The notes below the pieces were generated by a model, which was not told where the DNA came from, did not search any database, and worked only from the letters and a program-made list of their open reading frames with translations. Of a stretch of DNA of 64,000 nucleotides, positions 52,824-62,538 are shown in pieces. The stretch's first letter is position 1. The number at the start of each line of letters is the position of its first letter. The translations under genes were made by a program, and so were the position numbers. This stretch comes from a virus (lineage: Duplodnaviria; Caudoviricetes): positions 9,075 through 73,074 of IMG/VR virus record IMGVR_UViG_3300036783_000183; one strand, written 5' to 3'.

Positions 52824-53075
52824 CACCTGCCAAACCTGACCATGCCGCGCCGAGCACAAACGTGCCGATCTGCGCCGTGCCTTACCCAGACTGCCAGGCC
52901 AAACCTCGCCACGTCCCGCCGCACTCCGCCTCGACTGCCTAGCCCCGCCTGAACGGACCCCGCCCGGACATGCCTCGCTAAGCAAAGCCTCGCCGCGCCA
53001 GGCCTCGACTGCCATGCCTCACCGCGCCCCACAGTGCCAGACCCCGCACTCCGCACCTCGCCGCGCTGCGCCGCG
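52824..53075 (-). ncRNA. GGY-NN mini-array (about 4 units)
   Basis: Delimiters at 53007, 52933 and 52889 (spacings 74 and 44, both 5n+4); 5-nt period throughout; ends in GGCAGG. Confidence 0.7.
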
Positions 53076-53103
53076 CCTTCACGCTATAATCATAGCGTGA
53101 AGG
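53076..53103. other. Perfect 12-bp hairpin at the 5' end of the mini-array
   Basis: CCTTCACGCTAT-AATC-ATAGCGTGAAGG. Confidence 0.6.
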
Positions 53104-53104
53104 T

Positions 53105-53385
53105 CCCCACGGCATCGCCCACGCCAGCCACGGCATTCCCCACGGCATAATTACGGGCTGACCTGCGGACCCACGGCACCACGCCATAATCGGCGATATT
53201 TTCCTGTGGCGCCGTCACTCTTCCCCCCTCAAAGTTGATTTATCAATAAATAATAAAAATTGAAGTCTGCTGTGGCAGCTCACAGAAAAAGGTTGCAGAA
53301 AATGCCGTGGTGCTGTGGGTGCCCAGCTCAGGGGCACTTTATGCCGTGGGGAATGGCGTGATTGCCGTGGGAAATGCCGTGGGGA
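53105..53385. other. Putative replication origin: AT-rich core flanked by inverted iterons (CCACGGCAT / ATGCCGTGG)
   Basis: CCACGGCA at 53107, 53128, 53140 and 53171; TGCCGTGG at 53303, 53342, 53363 and 53375; AT-rich core ~53230-53265; immediately downstream of the primase gene. Confidence 0.7.
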
Positions 53386-53388
53386 CGC

Positions 53389-56133
53389 TCATCCCTCCTC
53401 TTCTTCTGAGGCTACGTCGCGGATGAACGAGGCGGTCACCAGGCGGGCCCTGATCTCGCGGCTGCCGGACGATGCCCAGCCCTTCTCGTACAAGATGCCG
53501 GATACCCCCATCGGCAGGTGCAGCTCGGTCATCTTCCGGCCCAGCCACGAGCTGCTCTTCGGCCACCACGACTCGGCCGTGGCCAGCCCGGCGAACTCGC
53601 TCAGCTGGTTGTAGAACGCCTCGGGCGTCCCGGTGAACTCGCCGCCAGGCTGCGCCTCCAGCCAGCGCCGCAGGAGCACGATCAGCGGGTCATCGGCCGC
53701 CGCGTGCAGCTGGATCTCCGCGCTGTGCTGGAGATACGCCGGATAGAGACCGAGCCCGTAAGCCAGGTCGCAGGCAAACAGGACTCTGCCGAAATCGGCC
53801 ATCTCCGGCAGGTCATCCAGCTGCACGCGCTCAGCGGCCTCCAGCTCGCGCAGCACGCCGGCCAGGAGCAGGAACACAGCACCCAGGACCCTGCTCTTGA
53901 TGAGGTCGTACCGCTGCCACAGCATGGAGGCATCAGGATGCTGATCAGTAGCCGGCAGATCCAGGTGCAGGACCCGGCGCAGCGCATCGGGCTTCAGCCC
54001 GGCCGGGAGCACCAGGCTGGTCGCCAGCCCCATCCGTTTGTATTCAAACGACAGCAACGTGGCGTCTGAATGTAGCTTCCGGACGTTCTCGACTGTACCC
54101 GTGTGCAGTCGGCACCACCAGTCGCTCAGGTCCTGGCTCAGCGTCGTGATGTTGTCCTGGGAGACAACGTACTCGTGCACCGCCCTGGTCCGAGCGTCAC
54201 GCTCGTCCCGCTTGAGGTTCAGCCGCGAACCCAGCTGGGCGGCCGGGTCGACCAGGCCGAGCAGCATCCGTCCTCTTGTCGTCTTTCCCGACCCGGATGG
54301 TCCGGAAATCCACCAGCCCGGCCGGTCCAGATTCGGGAAGTAAGCGCCGACCAAACCGCACAAGAGGACCAGCCACTGCTCCTCGGAGAGGTCCAGGAGG
54401 AACTTCATCTCCCCCAGGGCACCCCGGACATCTCCGGGATCCTCGGGCCGGACCTGAGGCAGCGCGCCGCCGCCGCGCCGGAACCACGGCTGGCCGTCCA
54501 GGGTGCGCGGATCCCGTACCGAGAAGCCGTCCCTGGTGATCAGGACGACCATGCCGGTGTCATCGGCCAGGTCGACGATGATCCGGGTCCTGCTGTCGCT
54601 GCAGCACCGGATGTGCTGGGTGACCGGCTTATTCCCGCTCGCGGAGGCGCGCAGGTGCGACAGGGTGTTCGAGAACGTGCCGTCAGGCGGGAAGATCGCG
54701 ACGAAGGCGTCCTCGTCGTCGTCCTTCTTCGGCGGGGCATCCGGGTCAATCTTGCCGATGCTCTTCGAGACGTTCTCGTTCCAGGCCTCGGCCACGGTTC
54801 GCCACCACCTGCGCAGCGTGAGGCCCAGCTCGTCGCCGATGTCACCGACCAGAGGAGGCTCGGCCAGGTCCGTAGGGCGGCTGATGAACTCCCCGGTCGT
54901 CGACCGCCGCAGGTCGAACAACTGCTCAAAACTGTAGACAGCCGAGGTGATGCTGGGCGGCACCTTGGGCGCGGGGCCCGCTACCTCGAACACAAAATCG
55001 GGCAGCTCGCCGCTGCGCGGCTTGAGCTGGGCCCCCTCGAACGAGCTGCGCAGCGTCCGCATGATCTCGGCACCGCGCAGCTGGCAGGACTCGGCGGCGC
55101 TCTTGAACGCCGTGGCGATCTCGCCCGGGTCGAGCAGGCCGGCCACGCCGAACCGGCTAAAGATGTTGAAACTTTCAGTATTCAGGCTCTTGTTGCGCTC
55201 GCCCATGGGCGTCTCGGCTACCCGCTGGGCGGCGCTCTCCAGGGCCGACCGGATATAGGCACTGGCGCGCCGGGACAGCTCAGCAGGCGCCTGGCGGCTG
55301 TCCTCGCCCTTCGGCAGGGCCTTCAGCCGCTCCTCGCGCTTGCGCTGCTGGTCGGCCAGCCAGTCGGCCAGCCAGGCTGGCGGCGGCGCCGGGGCGGTGT
55401 CGGCGAGCATCACGTACGGGCCCCGGCCCGAGACGGACGGCGGGACGATGCCGTAGCCGCGCACGCCCCTGATATCGAGGTGCGAAGCCAATTCGGACAC
55501 GCTGTTGCGGACCTCGGTCCCCGGCGGGATCTGCAGGATGAATCCGCGCCCGCCGCTGCCGGTGCGGTACATCATCGTGTGCGGCAGGTCCTCGCCATGG
55601 TGGCTGATCAGCGTCGTCAGGCTCTGGTCGCCGTCCTTCTCGTCGCTGATGTCGACATCGAGCAGGAAGACGTTCACGCCCATCAGCACGCCGAGGTTGG
55701 CGTGAGGCCGCCAGTCCTCGCCGGCGTCCTGGGCGGGATCCCTCGGCCGCCACCAGCGGGCGGCGTGCTCGGGGTCAGCACTGGCCGTATCCGGCCACGA
55801 CATGTCGATCGGATGCTTGCCGGGGTTATCGCAGCGGGCCCCGGCCGGGCAGGCGCAGGTGCCGGCGTTCATCCACCAGACCGGAAACAGCTGCAAGCCG
55901 AAATCGCTTGCGTAATGGCACGCTGACTCATAGGCGCGGCGCCGGTAGTCTTCCTCGGCGGCGGTCAGCTCATCGGCGCTGATATCCCCTTTGTAATCAT
56001 CGGCGTACTCAAAAGGAAATGCGCTGGTTACTGACGCGGCATGGCCGTTTCCGCTATCCTGGCCGGCAGGGATAGGTCGATCAGTGCGGGCCCCCGGTTC
56101 CTCAGTGCCGGGGGTCTCGTCTTGCCCGCCCAC
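53389..56133 (-). CDS. Bifunctional primase-polymerase (Prim-Pol) fused to a P-loop ATPase/helicase domain
   Basis: CACP...CDNPGKHP, ANLGVLMG...FLLDVD, TGSGGR, HLDIRG...GIVPPS; GPSGSGKTT; VSQDNI. Confidence 0.88.
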   Translation of the reverse strand: MGGQDETPGTEEPGARTDRPIPAGQDSGNGHAASVTSAFPFEYADDYKGDISADELTAAEEDYRRRAYESACHYASDFGLQLFPVWWMNAGTCACPAGARCDNPGKHPIDMSWPDTASADPEHAARWWRPRDPAQDAGEDWRPHANLGVLMGVNVFLLDVDISDEKDGDQSLTTLISHHGEDLPHTMMYRTGSGGRGFILQIPPGTEVRNSVSELASHLDIRGVRGYGIVPPSVSGRGPYVMLADTAPAPPPAWLADWLADQQRKREERLKALPKGEDSRQAPAELSRRASAYIRSALESAAQRVAETPMGERNKSLNTESFNIFSRFGVAGLLDPGEIATAFKSAAESCQLRGAEIMRTLRSSFEGAQLKPRSGELPDFVFEVAGPAPKVPPSITSAVYSFEQLFDLRRSTTGEFISRPTDLAEPPLVGDIGDELGLTLRRWWRTVAEAWNENVSKSIGKIDPDAPPKKDDDEDAFVAIFPPDGTFSNTLSHLRASASGNKPVTQHIRCCSDSRTRIIVDLADDTGMVVLITRDGFSVRDPRTLDGQPWFRRGGGALPQVRPEDPGDVRGALGEMKFLLDLSEEQWLVLLCGLVGAYFPNLDRPGWWISGPSGSGKTTRGRMLLGLVDPAAQLGSRLNLKRDERDARTRAVHEYVVSQDNITTLSQDLSDWWCRLHTGTVENVRKLHSDATLLSFEYKRMGLATSLVLPAGLKPDALRRVLHLDLPATDQHPDASMLWQRYDLIKSRVLGAVFLLLAGVLRELEAAERVQLDDLPEMADFGRVLFACDLAYGLGLYPAYLQHSAEIQLHAAADDPLIVLLRRWLEAQPGGEFTGTPEAFYNQLSEFAGLATAESWWPKSSSWLGRKMTELHLPMGVSGILYEKGWASSGSREIRARLVTASFIRDVASEEEEG

Positions 56134-56505
56134 CTAGGTCAGGGCGTCGATGATCGGCTGCGTGAAGAACGCGTCATGGCTCGGCAGGAACCGCCGCCAG
56201 GTGACCGGCGCGCCCTGCCACATGCCCCCGTAGACCTCGAAGGCCGCCCGCGCGACGCGAGCGGCCACCGGAACGCTGAAGCGCTGGCAGAAGGCCTCCA
56301 GGACCTGCTGAGCGTCCCGGGCGGGCAGCTGCGGCCCGTGTACCCGGACGATCTCCTCAGTGATGTACGCGGTCACGTCGCCAGCCGACCAGGAACCGGG
56401 CGGGCGGGCCGCGCGGACCGCCTGGGCGGCGCTCACGGGCGTGACGGACACAGTGGCGCTGAGTGACTCAGCCGGGCGCGCGTCAGTAACGACGGGGGCA
56501 GTCAT
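56134..56505 (-). CDS. Conserved phage hypothetical protein
   Basis: WSAGDVTAYITEEI...YGGMWQGAPV...F. Confidence 0.6.
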   Translation of the reverse strand: MTAPVVTDARPAESLSATVSVTPVSAAQAVRAARPPGSWSAGDVTAYITEEIVRVHGPQLPARDAQQVLEAFCQRFSVPVAARVARAAFEVYGGMWQGAPVTWRRFLPSHDAFFTQPIIDALT

Positions 56506-56650
56506 CGATCAGATCCTCCCGCTGGGTAACGCCTTTCCGGATCTCAGGTGAAAAGGCGTGGCCCGATCCACCCTAGGAGGGCCCCAGGAGGCGGTCAAGG
56601 CAACCCGGCGGTAATTCACCCTAACAATAAATATTAGATAGGTTCCTTAT

Positions 56651-57547
56651 TCAGGAATCGCACGGCCACGGAAGATTCCCGGCCGCCAGCCGGGCCCCGA
56701 GCCGGGCCATGCCGTACTTTTCCAGGACCTCGCGCACCTGGCGTCCGTGGTCCTGCGGGTGCCAGCGGGCCAGGACGACCTGGCCGCCCTCCGGGCACTC
56801 GGGCTGCACGGGCGGGTCGCGCAGCTCACTGATCGCGTACCAGGTGACGGCCCGGACCCGGGCGGCATGGCCGAACGGGTACTCCAGCCCGTCGAGGATC
56901 TCCTGCGGGGTCTCCGGCTGGCCGGCGATCAGCACCGCCCGCTGCAGCCCGATGCCGCGCAGCCCCGGGATGCCGTCGCTGGGATCCCCGGCGATCGCCC
57001 GCAGCAGCGGCAGCCGCTCGGGCTCGACGCCCCACACATCCCGCACGTGGTCAGCACCTATCGGGTCGTTGATCGAGGACTGCCAGGTCGTGTCCTCGCC
57101 GGTCAGCTGCATCAGGTCCCGGTCGGCGGAGACGATCCGGATCTGCACCCCGGGCAGCTGCGTGCGCAGCGCCCGCCACCAGGCGGCGATGATGTCGTCG
57201 CCCTCGAACTCGGCGGCCCAGTCCTGGAACAGCCCGGCGGCGGCGCAGAACTCCCGGGCCAGCTCCTCGTCCGTGCTCAGGTCCTCGCGGGTGCTGCCGG
57301 CCAGGCGGCCGGACTTGTACTCCGGGTACCGCTCCAGCCGCCAGTTCATCGACGGGATGCCCTCCCAGGCGACCACCACGTAGTCCCACGGGCCCACGGC
57401 CAGGTGGCCGGACAGGGTGCCGATGAACAGCATCAGCGGCCCGGTCGGGACGCCCTCGTGCGAGAGCTGCTTCATCCGCGCGGCGGCCTTCACCGAGCGG
57501 ACCAGCACGCTCATCCCGTCGACCAGCAGGGCGCGGGGCCCGCTCAC
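56651..57547 (-). CDS. 5'-3' exonuclease (PolA 5' nuclease / T5 exo / T4 RNase H family)
   Basis: LLVDG, YPEYKSGR, FEGDDIIA, IVSADRDLMQL, AIAGDPSDGIPGLRGIG. Confidence 0.92.
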   Translation of the reverse strand: MSGPRALLVDGMSVLVRSVKAAARMKQLSHEGVPTGPLMLFIGTLSGHLAVGPWDYVVVAWEGIPSMNWRLERYPEYKSGRLAGSTREDLSTDEELAREFCAAAGLFQDWAAEFEGDDIIAAWWRALRTQLPGVQIRIVSADRDLMQLTGEDTTWQSSINDPIGADHVRDVWGVEPERLPLLRAIAGDPSDGIPGLRGIGLQRAVLIAGQPETPQEILDGLEYPFGHAARVRAVTWYAISELRDPPVQPECPEGGQVVLARWHPQDHGRQVREVLEKYGMARLGARLAAGNLPWPCDS

Positions 57548-57963
57548 AGCCCCTCGTCGCCGAGCAGGCCGTGCTGGCGGGCCTCCCAGACCACCAGCAT
57601 GATCATGATGACGAACCGCTCGTCGTCGATCGAGCCGTTCTCCCGCAGCGCGTGCGCGGTCTTCTCGATGTCGGCCAGGGAGAACTGCCGGTCCCCGGTC
57701 TGGCTGCGGTGGATGGCCAGCGGCTCGCCGTCCAGCACCAGCTCGGAGTCCGGGAACTGCTCGCTCTGCCGCATCCGCACCCGCAGCCAGGCCGCCGAGC
57801 GGCCAATGAACACGGTAGCCACGGTGTGCGTGGAGAACCAGGGGGAGGGCTCGCCCTTCTTCCCCCTGGCGATCATCTCGTCAGTAATCCAGAAGCGCCG
57901 GTTCGGAGGGTGCCACTGCACGCTCTCGAACCGGCTCCTGGTCCTGGCTGTTCGTCCAGGCAT
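57544..57963 (-). CDS. MerR-like HTH protein
   Basis: FSTHTVATVFIGRSAAWLR...GDRQFSLADIEK. Confidence 0.6.
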   Translation of the reverse strand: MPGRTARTRSRFESVQWHPPNRRFWITDEMIARGKKGEPSPWFSTHTVATVFIGRSAAWLRVRMRQSEQFPDSELVLDGEPLAIHRSQTGDRQFSLADIEKTAHALRENGSIDDERFVIMIMLVVWEARQHGLLGDEGL

Positions 57964-57976
57964 GGGGGCTCCCGTC

Positions 57977-58738
57977 CTAGGTCACCTTGCGGAGGTAGAG
58001 GGACGACTTCGCCGGGCCGGTCACCGCGATCCGGCGCAGCACCTTCAGGCCCTTCTCCGGCGACTTGCGGATGTAGGCACGGGCCCGCTCGGGGTCAAAC
58101 ACGCGGGTCTCGCGGGTGACGGCCAGGTAATCCTCGCGGTCGATGTCGCCGCCCTTGTGGGCGGCCTGCAGCACGCCGTCATTCGGCGTGGGCGGGGACT
58201 GGCTGAACTCCTGCGACCACTTCACCGCCCCGGCCGGGACCTGGTACGGCTCCTTCGGGCCAGCCAGCAGGTAGTGGCCGTGCTGGTCGCGCGGGGTGGC
58301 CGCGACGATGACCTCGCCGTCCGGGCCCAGCTTGTCCTTGGGGACGGCCCGGCCGCTCTCCTCGGCGTCCACGTCCATGTGCACGCGCATCGTCTCGGCG
58401 ATGATCTTGTCCCGGGCGGCCAGCGCCGCGCCGAGCTGGGAGAGCATGACGCGCTCGGCGGTGATCGCGACGATCTCCTTCTCGGTCAGGGCCCGGCGCT
58501 TGTCGATCTCGACCGAGTTGAACACCTTGGTCAGGTTCTTCAGGACGGCCAGCGCCTCGCCGTCCAGGACGGCGTGGCCGGGCAGGTCCGGGAACGGCGC
58601 GGCCTCGGGAGACGGCTTGGCCGGCCCGGGTGCCGCGACCTTCTCGGCCAGGGCGTCCAGGGACAGGTCCGGCTTCTCCTGCAGCAGCTGCAGGACGCCG
58701 GCCAGAACGGGCTCGATATCGGTGGCGGGTGTGGTCAT
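57977..58738 (-). CDS. Conserved phage hypothetical protein
   Basis: 253-aa ORF with a GAGGAG RBS, behind the minus-strand operator copy. Confidence 0.7.
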   Translation of the reverse strand: MTTPATDIEPVLAGVLQLLQEKPDLSLDALAEKVAAPGPAKPSPEAAPFPDLPGHAVLDGEALAVLKNLTKVFNSVEIDKRRALTEKEIVAITAERVMLSQLGAALAARDKIIAETMRVHMDVDAEESGRAVPKDKLGPDGEVIVAATPRDQHGHYLLAGPKEPYQVPAGAVKWSQEFSQSPPTPNDGVLQAAHKGGDIDREDYLAVTRETRVFDPERARAYIRKSPEKGLKVLRRIAVTGPAKSSLYLRKVT

Positions 58739-58774
58739 GGGTCACTCCTCGTGCGATGGGGTTGTCGTCCTCGC

Positions 58775-58805
58775 ACGGTATCAATAAACCTTGGTAGGAA
58801 GCAAA
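58775..58805 (-). promoter_or_regulatory. Promoter/operator copy on the minus strand (TACCAAGGTTTATTGA-TACCGT)
   Basis: Exact 18-mer at 58779-58796 (reverse complement). Confidence 0.7.
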
Positions 58806-58980
58806 CGGCGGTCATCAAGATCAACATCCATAGACAACAGTAGTATCAAGGAACCTGATTCCCCTGGTAACCAGCCCCGTCGCGGAGTTGCGGGTTTGCT
58901 CTAGGTTCTTTGATACACTCAAGGCTCACCGGCCCGGGGATACGGCCCCGGGCCCGTATGGCCAGGCTGCCGAGAGGCAG

Positions 58981-59718
58981 ATGGCCGGAACGGAGGAACG
59001 CGTGAGCGTTCAGTCAGCAGAGATCCCGCAGAAGGCCGACATCGACGCCGGGGTGCGCGATGCCTACGAGGCCGAGGGATACATCCTCCCGGACGGGAAC
59101 AAGGACAACACCAAGGTGCGCGAGCGCATCGTGGCCGTCCTGGCCCCGCACAAGGTCCTGAAGTGGGCCGACCGCGAGGAGAAGGCCATCACCAGGGGCG
59201 CCCTGGTGCAAGCCGTCTTCCCGTCCCTGACCGGGCCGGAAGGCTTCGGCGACGCGGACGACCCGCAGCTGGCCCTGGCCATCTGGACGGCCATCGACGG
59301 GAACCTGTGGAACGAGCTGCGGCCCGGTGCCGCCGGCCCGATCCAGAAGATGGTCGGCCTGAGCATGGGCAACGGCTACGTCCTCATCCGGTGCCAGATC
59401 GGCGTGGACCGCATCGGCGCGGCCTACATCACCGATGACCTCAAGTGCATCGAGCGGGACCTGCTCGGGCCGGACAACACCACGCTCGCGCGGCTGCTGG
59501 ACCGGCTCGTCGCCACCCGGTCGATGCTGATCCTGCGGCAGCCGGACAACGCCGGCCGGTACGCCACGGGGCTGGACCGGCAGATGAAGGCGCTGTCGGC
59601 GTCGTCCCACGAGCAGCTCAAGCTGGCCATCGAGGCTTCCACCTCGGCCGGCGGGGATGACGAGGGCGGCGAGCCCGGCAACGGCGACGAGCCCGGCGAC
59701 GGGCCCGGAGAGAACTAG
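58981..59718 (+). CDS. Hypothetical protein
   Basis: ATG 58981 after GAGAGG; extended -10 TGATACACT at 58911-58919. Confidence 0.65.
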   Translation: MAGTEERVSVQSAEIPQKADIDAGVRDAYEAEGYILPDGNKDNTKVRERIVAVLAPHKVLKWADREEKAITRGALVQAVFPSLTGPEGFGDADDPQLALAIWTAIDGNLWNELRPGAAGPIQKMVGLSMGNGYVLIRCQIGVDRIGAAYITDDLKCIERDLLGPDNTTLARLLDRLVATRSMLILRQPDNAGRYATGLDRQMKALSASSHEQLKLAIEASTSAGGDDEGGEPGNGDEPGDGPGEN

Positions 59719-59769
59719 GGGGAGGTGAAGCGGGGGGCGCCGGCCTGGCCGGTGCCCCTCGCGCCTGCT

Positions 59770-60378
59770 ATGGCACGGAACAAGCGACAGGCCCTCTCCG
59801 ACGAGCAGATCGAGGAGGCCGTCCAGCAGGGCATCTACGGCCGCGAGCAGATCGCGGCCCGCTTCGGCATCAGCGAGTCGGCGGCCCGCCGGGCCGAGCC
59901 GGTCATCCGGGCCATCGCCCGGGAGCGGGAGCGGGCCGGCGGCAAGCGGCCGAAGGGCAGCAGCCTGCCCCGGAACTGGAACGGGACGCCGCCCAAGGCC
60001 CGCGTCCGCGAGCTGAAGAGCTACCGGGCCCGGGGCGGCGACACGTACCCCGGCCTGCTCACCCTGCAGCTGCGGATCAGCGAGCTGAGCGCGGCGCTGG
60101 CCAGCGTCCGGGTCGAGGACTACGGCCTGGACCAGGTGTCGCTGGCGCGGCTCACCGACATGCACGATGACCTGCTGGCCCTGGCCGACTGGATGGACCG
60201 GACGCTCTCCTCGGTCCAGGCGCGGCTGAGCGATACCGAGGTGCGCGCGAAGATCGCGATGCTGCGCAACATCTCCGGCTTCACCGAGCATGAGGCGAAA
60301 ACGAGGCTCGCGCTGGCGGACCGGCTGGAGCGCAAGCTCGGCAACAGGCTGGCTAGTAGCCCAGCTCCAGCCCGGTAA
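59770..60378 (+). CDS. N-terminal HTH, coiled-coil protein
   Basis: GREQIAARFGISESAARRA. Confidence 0.6.
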   Translation: MARNKRQALSDEQIEEAVQQGIYGREQIAARFGISESAARRAEPVIRAIARERERAGGKRPKGSSLPRNWNGTPPKARVRELKSYRARGGDTYPGLLTLQLRISELSAALASVRVEDYGLDQVSLARLTDMHDDLLALADWMDRTLSSVQARLSDTEVRAKIAMLRNISGFTEHEAKTRLALADRLERKLGNRLASSPAPAR

Positions 60379-60505
60379 CCAGCACCTGGCTGGGACCGTC
60401 CGGCGGGGCCTGCACCTGCCAGGCCCCGCTCCGGATGATCTCGAACGGCGCCTCGGCCGCGCCGGGGTCGATCAGGATCAGCTGGGGATCGTCGTCCTCT
60501 GCCAC
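60353..60505 (-). CDS. Small hypothetical protein
   Basis: GTG after GGAAGG; MAEDDDPQLILIDPG... Confidence 0.4.
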   Translation of the reverse strand: MAEDDDPQLILIDPGAAEAPFEIIRSGAWQVQAPPDGPSQVLVTGLELGY

Positions 60506-60549
60506 GTCCCTTCCGGGGGCAGAGGATGTGCTATAAATATTGATATTCA

Positions 60550-62535
60550 TGGCGCAAGGCAAGGCGCGCATCGGCGGGCCTCGGCGTCGGCCTGGCAGTC
60601 ACGGAGGGGCTTGGCGCGGATTGGCAGGTCTTGGCAGTGCTCGGCGAGGCAGTCATCGCGAGGCATGGCACGACATGGATAGGCGTCGTCCGGCAAGGCA
60701 GTCAAGGCGTCGCATGACCGGGCGTGCCTGGGCGAGGCTTGGCAAGGCAGTCTAGGCGCAACGTGGCGCGGTCGACCCTGGCATGGACCGGTACGGCAGT
60801 CACGGCGTGGTGCGGCGAGGATGGCAGCGCGAGGCGTGGCCTGGTGAAGCACGGCAGTCATCGCGAGGCCGGGCGCAGCATACCGAGGCTAGGGACGGCC
60901 TGGCCGTCATCGCTAGCCTGGGCTCGGCACGTCAGGGCCAGGCGTGGCATGGCATGGCCGTCATCGCACGGCAAGGCGTAGCACGGCGGGTCCTTGCATG
61001 GCATCGCAGGTGAGGCGCGGCTGGGCTTAGTGACGCGTAGCGTGGCCGGGCAGTCGAGGACTGGCTAGCGCGGCTTCACCTGGCGGTGTGTCGCCTGGCA
61101 CGGCCGTCATCGCGTGGCGGTGCCTGTCCTGGGCGGCTCGGCGTCGCGGTGCACGGTACGGCATGGCCGGATCGGCTCGGGTGGGCGCGGCTAGTCGAGG
61201 CATGGCAAGGCACGGCTCGGCAGGATCGGCCAGGCGCGGGTTGGCCAGGCAGGGCAAGGCACGGCTCGGCCGGGCTGGGACCGGCAGTCAGGTCAGGGTA
61301 CGGCGTAGCACGATACGGCTCGGCCGGGCTTGGACCGGCAGTCATGGCATGGCTCTCTAAGGCGCGGCTGGTCGAGGCACGGGCTGCTCGGCTCGGCGCG
61401 GCTCGGCCGGAACGGCTTTGTTTGGCGTAGCGGGGCGCAGCTGGGCTTAGCTTGGCAATGCTTGGCCCGGCAAGGCAGGTATAGCTGGGCTGTTCAGTGC
61501 TAGGGCGGTGCGGCGCGGCGAGGCAGTCTAGGCATGGCGGGTCAGGGCATCTCGGTGCGAGGCCCGGTATGGCCAGGCAGTCAAGGCTAGGCGTGGCCTT
61601 GCAGGGCCTGGCGCGGCCCGGTCCGTCTCGGCAGTCACGGCAAGGCAAGGCGAGGACAGCCGGGCGCAGCAGTCAAGGTGAGGCCTGACCAGGCGAGGCG
61701 TGTCAAGGCTGGGCCGTCAAGGCAAGGCCTGGCGCGTCCTGGCAGGTCATGGTGAGGCACGGCTCGGCAGTCAAGGCTAGGCATAACGAGGCGGGGCGTC
61801 GTGAGGACAGCGGGGCCGTCAAGGCACGGCACGTCCCGGCAGGGCACGGCTAGTCTCGGCTTGGCTAGTCTGGGCCTGGCAGTTAAGGCGGGTCGGGGTT
61901 TGGCGCGGCAGGGATAGCCATGCTCGGCAAGGCAGTCACGGATCGGCACACCGGGTCGTGTCTTAGCGTGGCGAGGTCGGCCAGGCAGGCCGGGCACGGA
62001 GAGCTTGGCACGGATTGCGGGGCACGGCCGTCAAGGCGTAGCAAGGCCGGGCCAGGATCGCGTAGCGAGGCGCGGCTGGGCCGTCCAGGCTGATCTTGGC
62101 GGAGCGGTGCTCGGCACAGCTGGGTATCGCATGGCCCGGCACGGCAGTCATGGCATAGCGGGACGGGGCAGGTCAGGGACAGGCCTGGCCCGGCACGGCA
62201 GTCATCGCACGGCGCGGTGTGGCCAGACGCGGAGTGCATGGCACGGCGCGGCCGTCAGCGCAAGGCTGGGCCCGGCCAGGCCCGGACACGCGCGGCGGGG
62301 CTCGGCAGAGCCGTCAAGGCAGAGCGGGGCAGTGCCAGGCTGGTCCTGGCATGGAGAGCGCGGCCGTCCAGGTGCGGTTCGGGACGGCAAGGCGTGGCAG
62401 GTCGGGTCGAGGCGCGGCAGGTCAGGGCCGTCTAGGCGAGGCCTGGCCCGGTGTAGATAGCGCGGTGCGGCAGGGCCGTCATCGCACGGCGGGTCCAGGC
62501 GCGGCTAGTCTCGGTTAGGCAGGGTCGGCAGGCAG
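60550..62535 (+). ncRNA. Large orphan GGY-NN pentamer array (about 31 guide-like units)
   Basis: 31 GGC(A/C)GTC-type delimiters (4 degenerate) from 60594 to 62474; 27 of 30 spacings are 5n+4 or 5n+3, mostly 44-64 nt. AT-rich leader with ATTGATATT at 60539-60547; ends in GGCAGGCA. Confidence 0.8.
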
Positions 62536-62538
62536 CTG

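Noticed and set aside
60540-62518. Similar overlapping ORFs across the second array
   Set aside because: Same artefact of the pentamer period.
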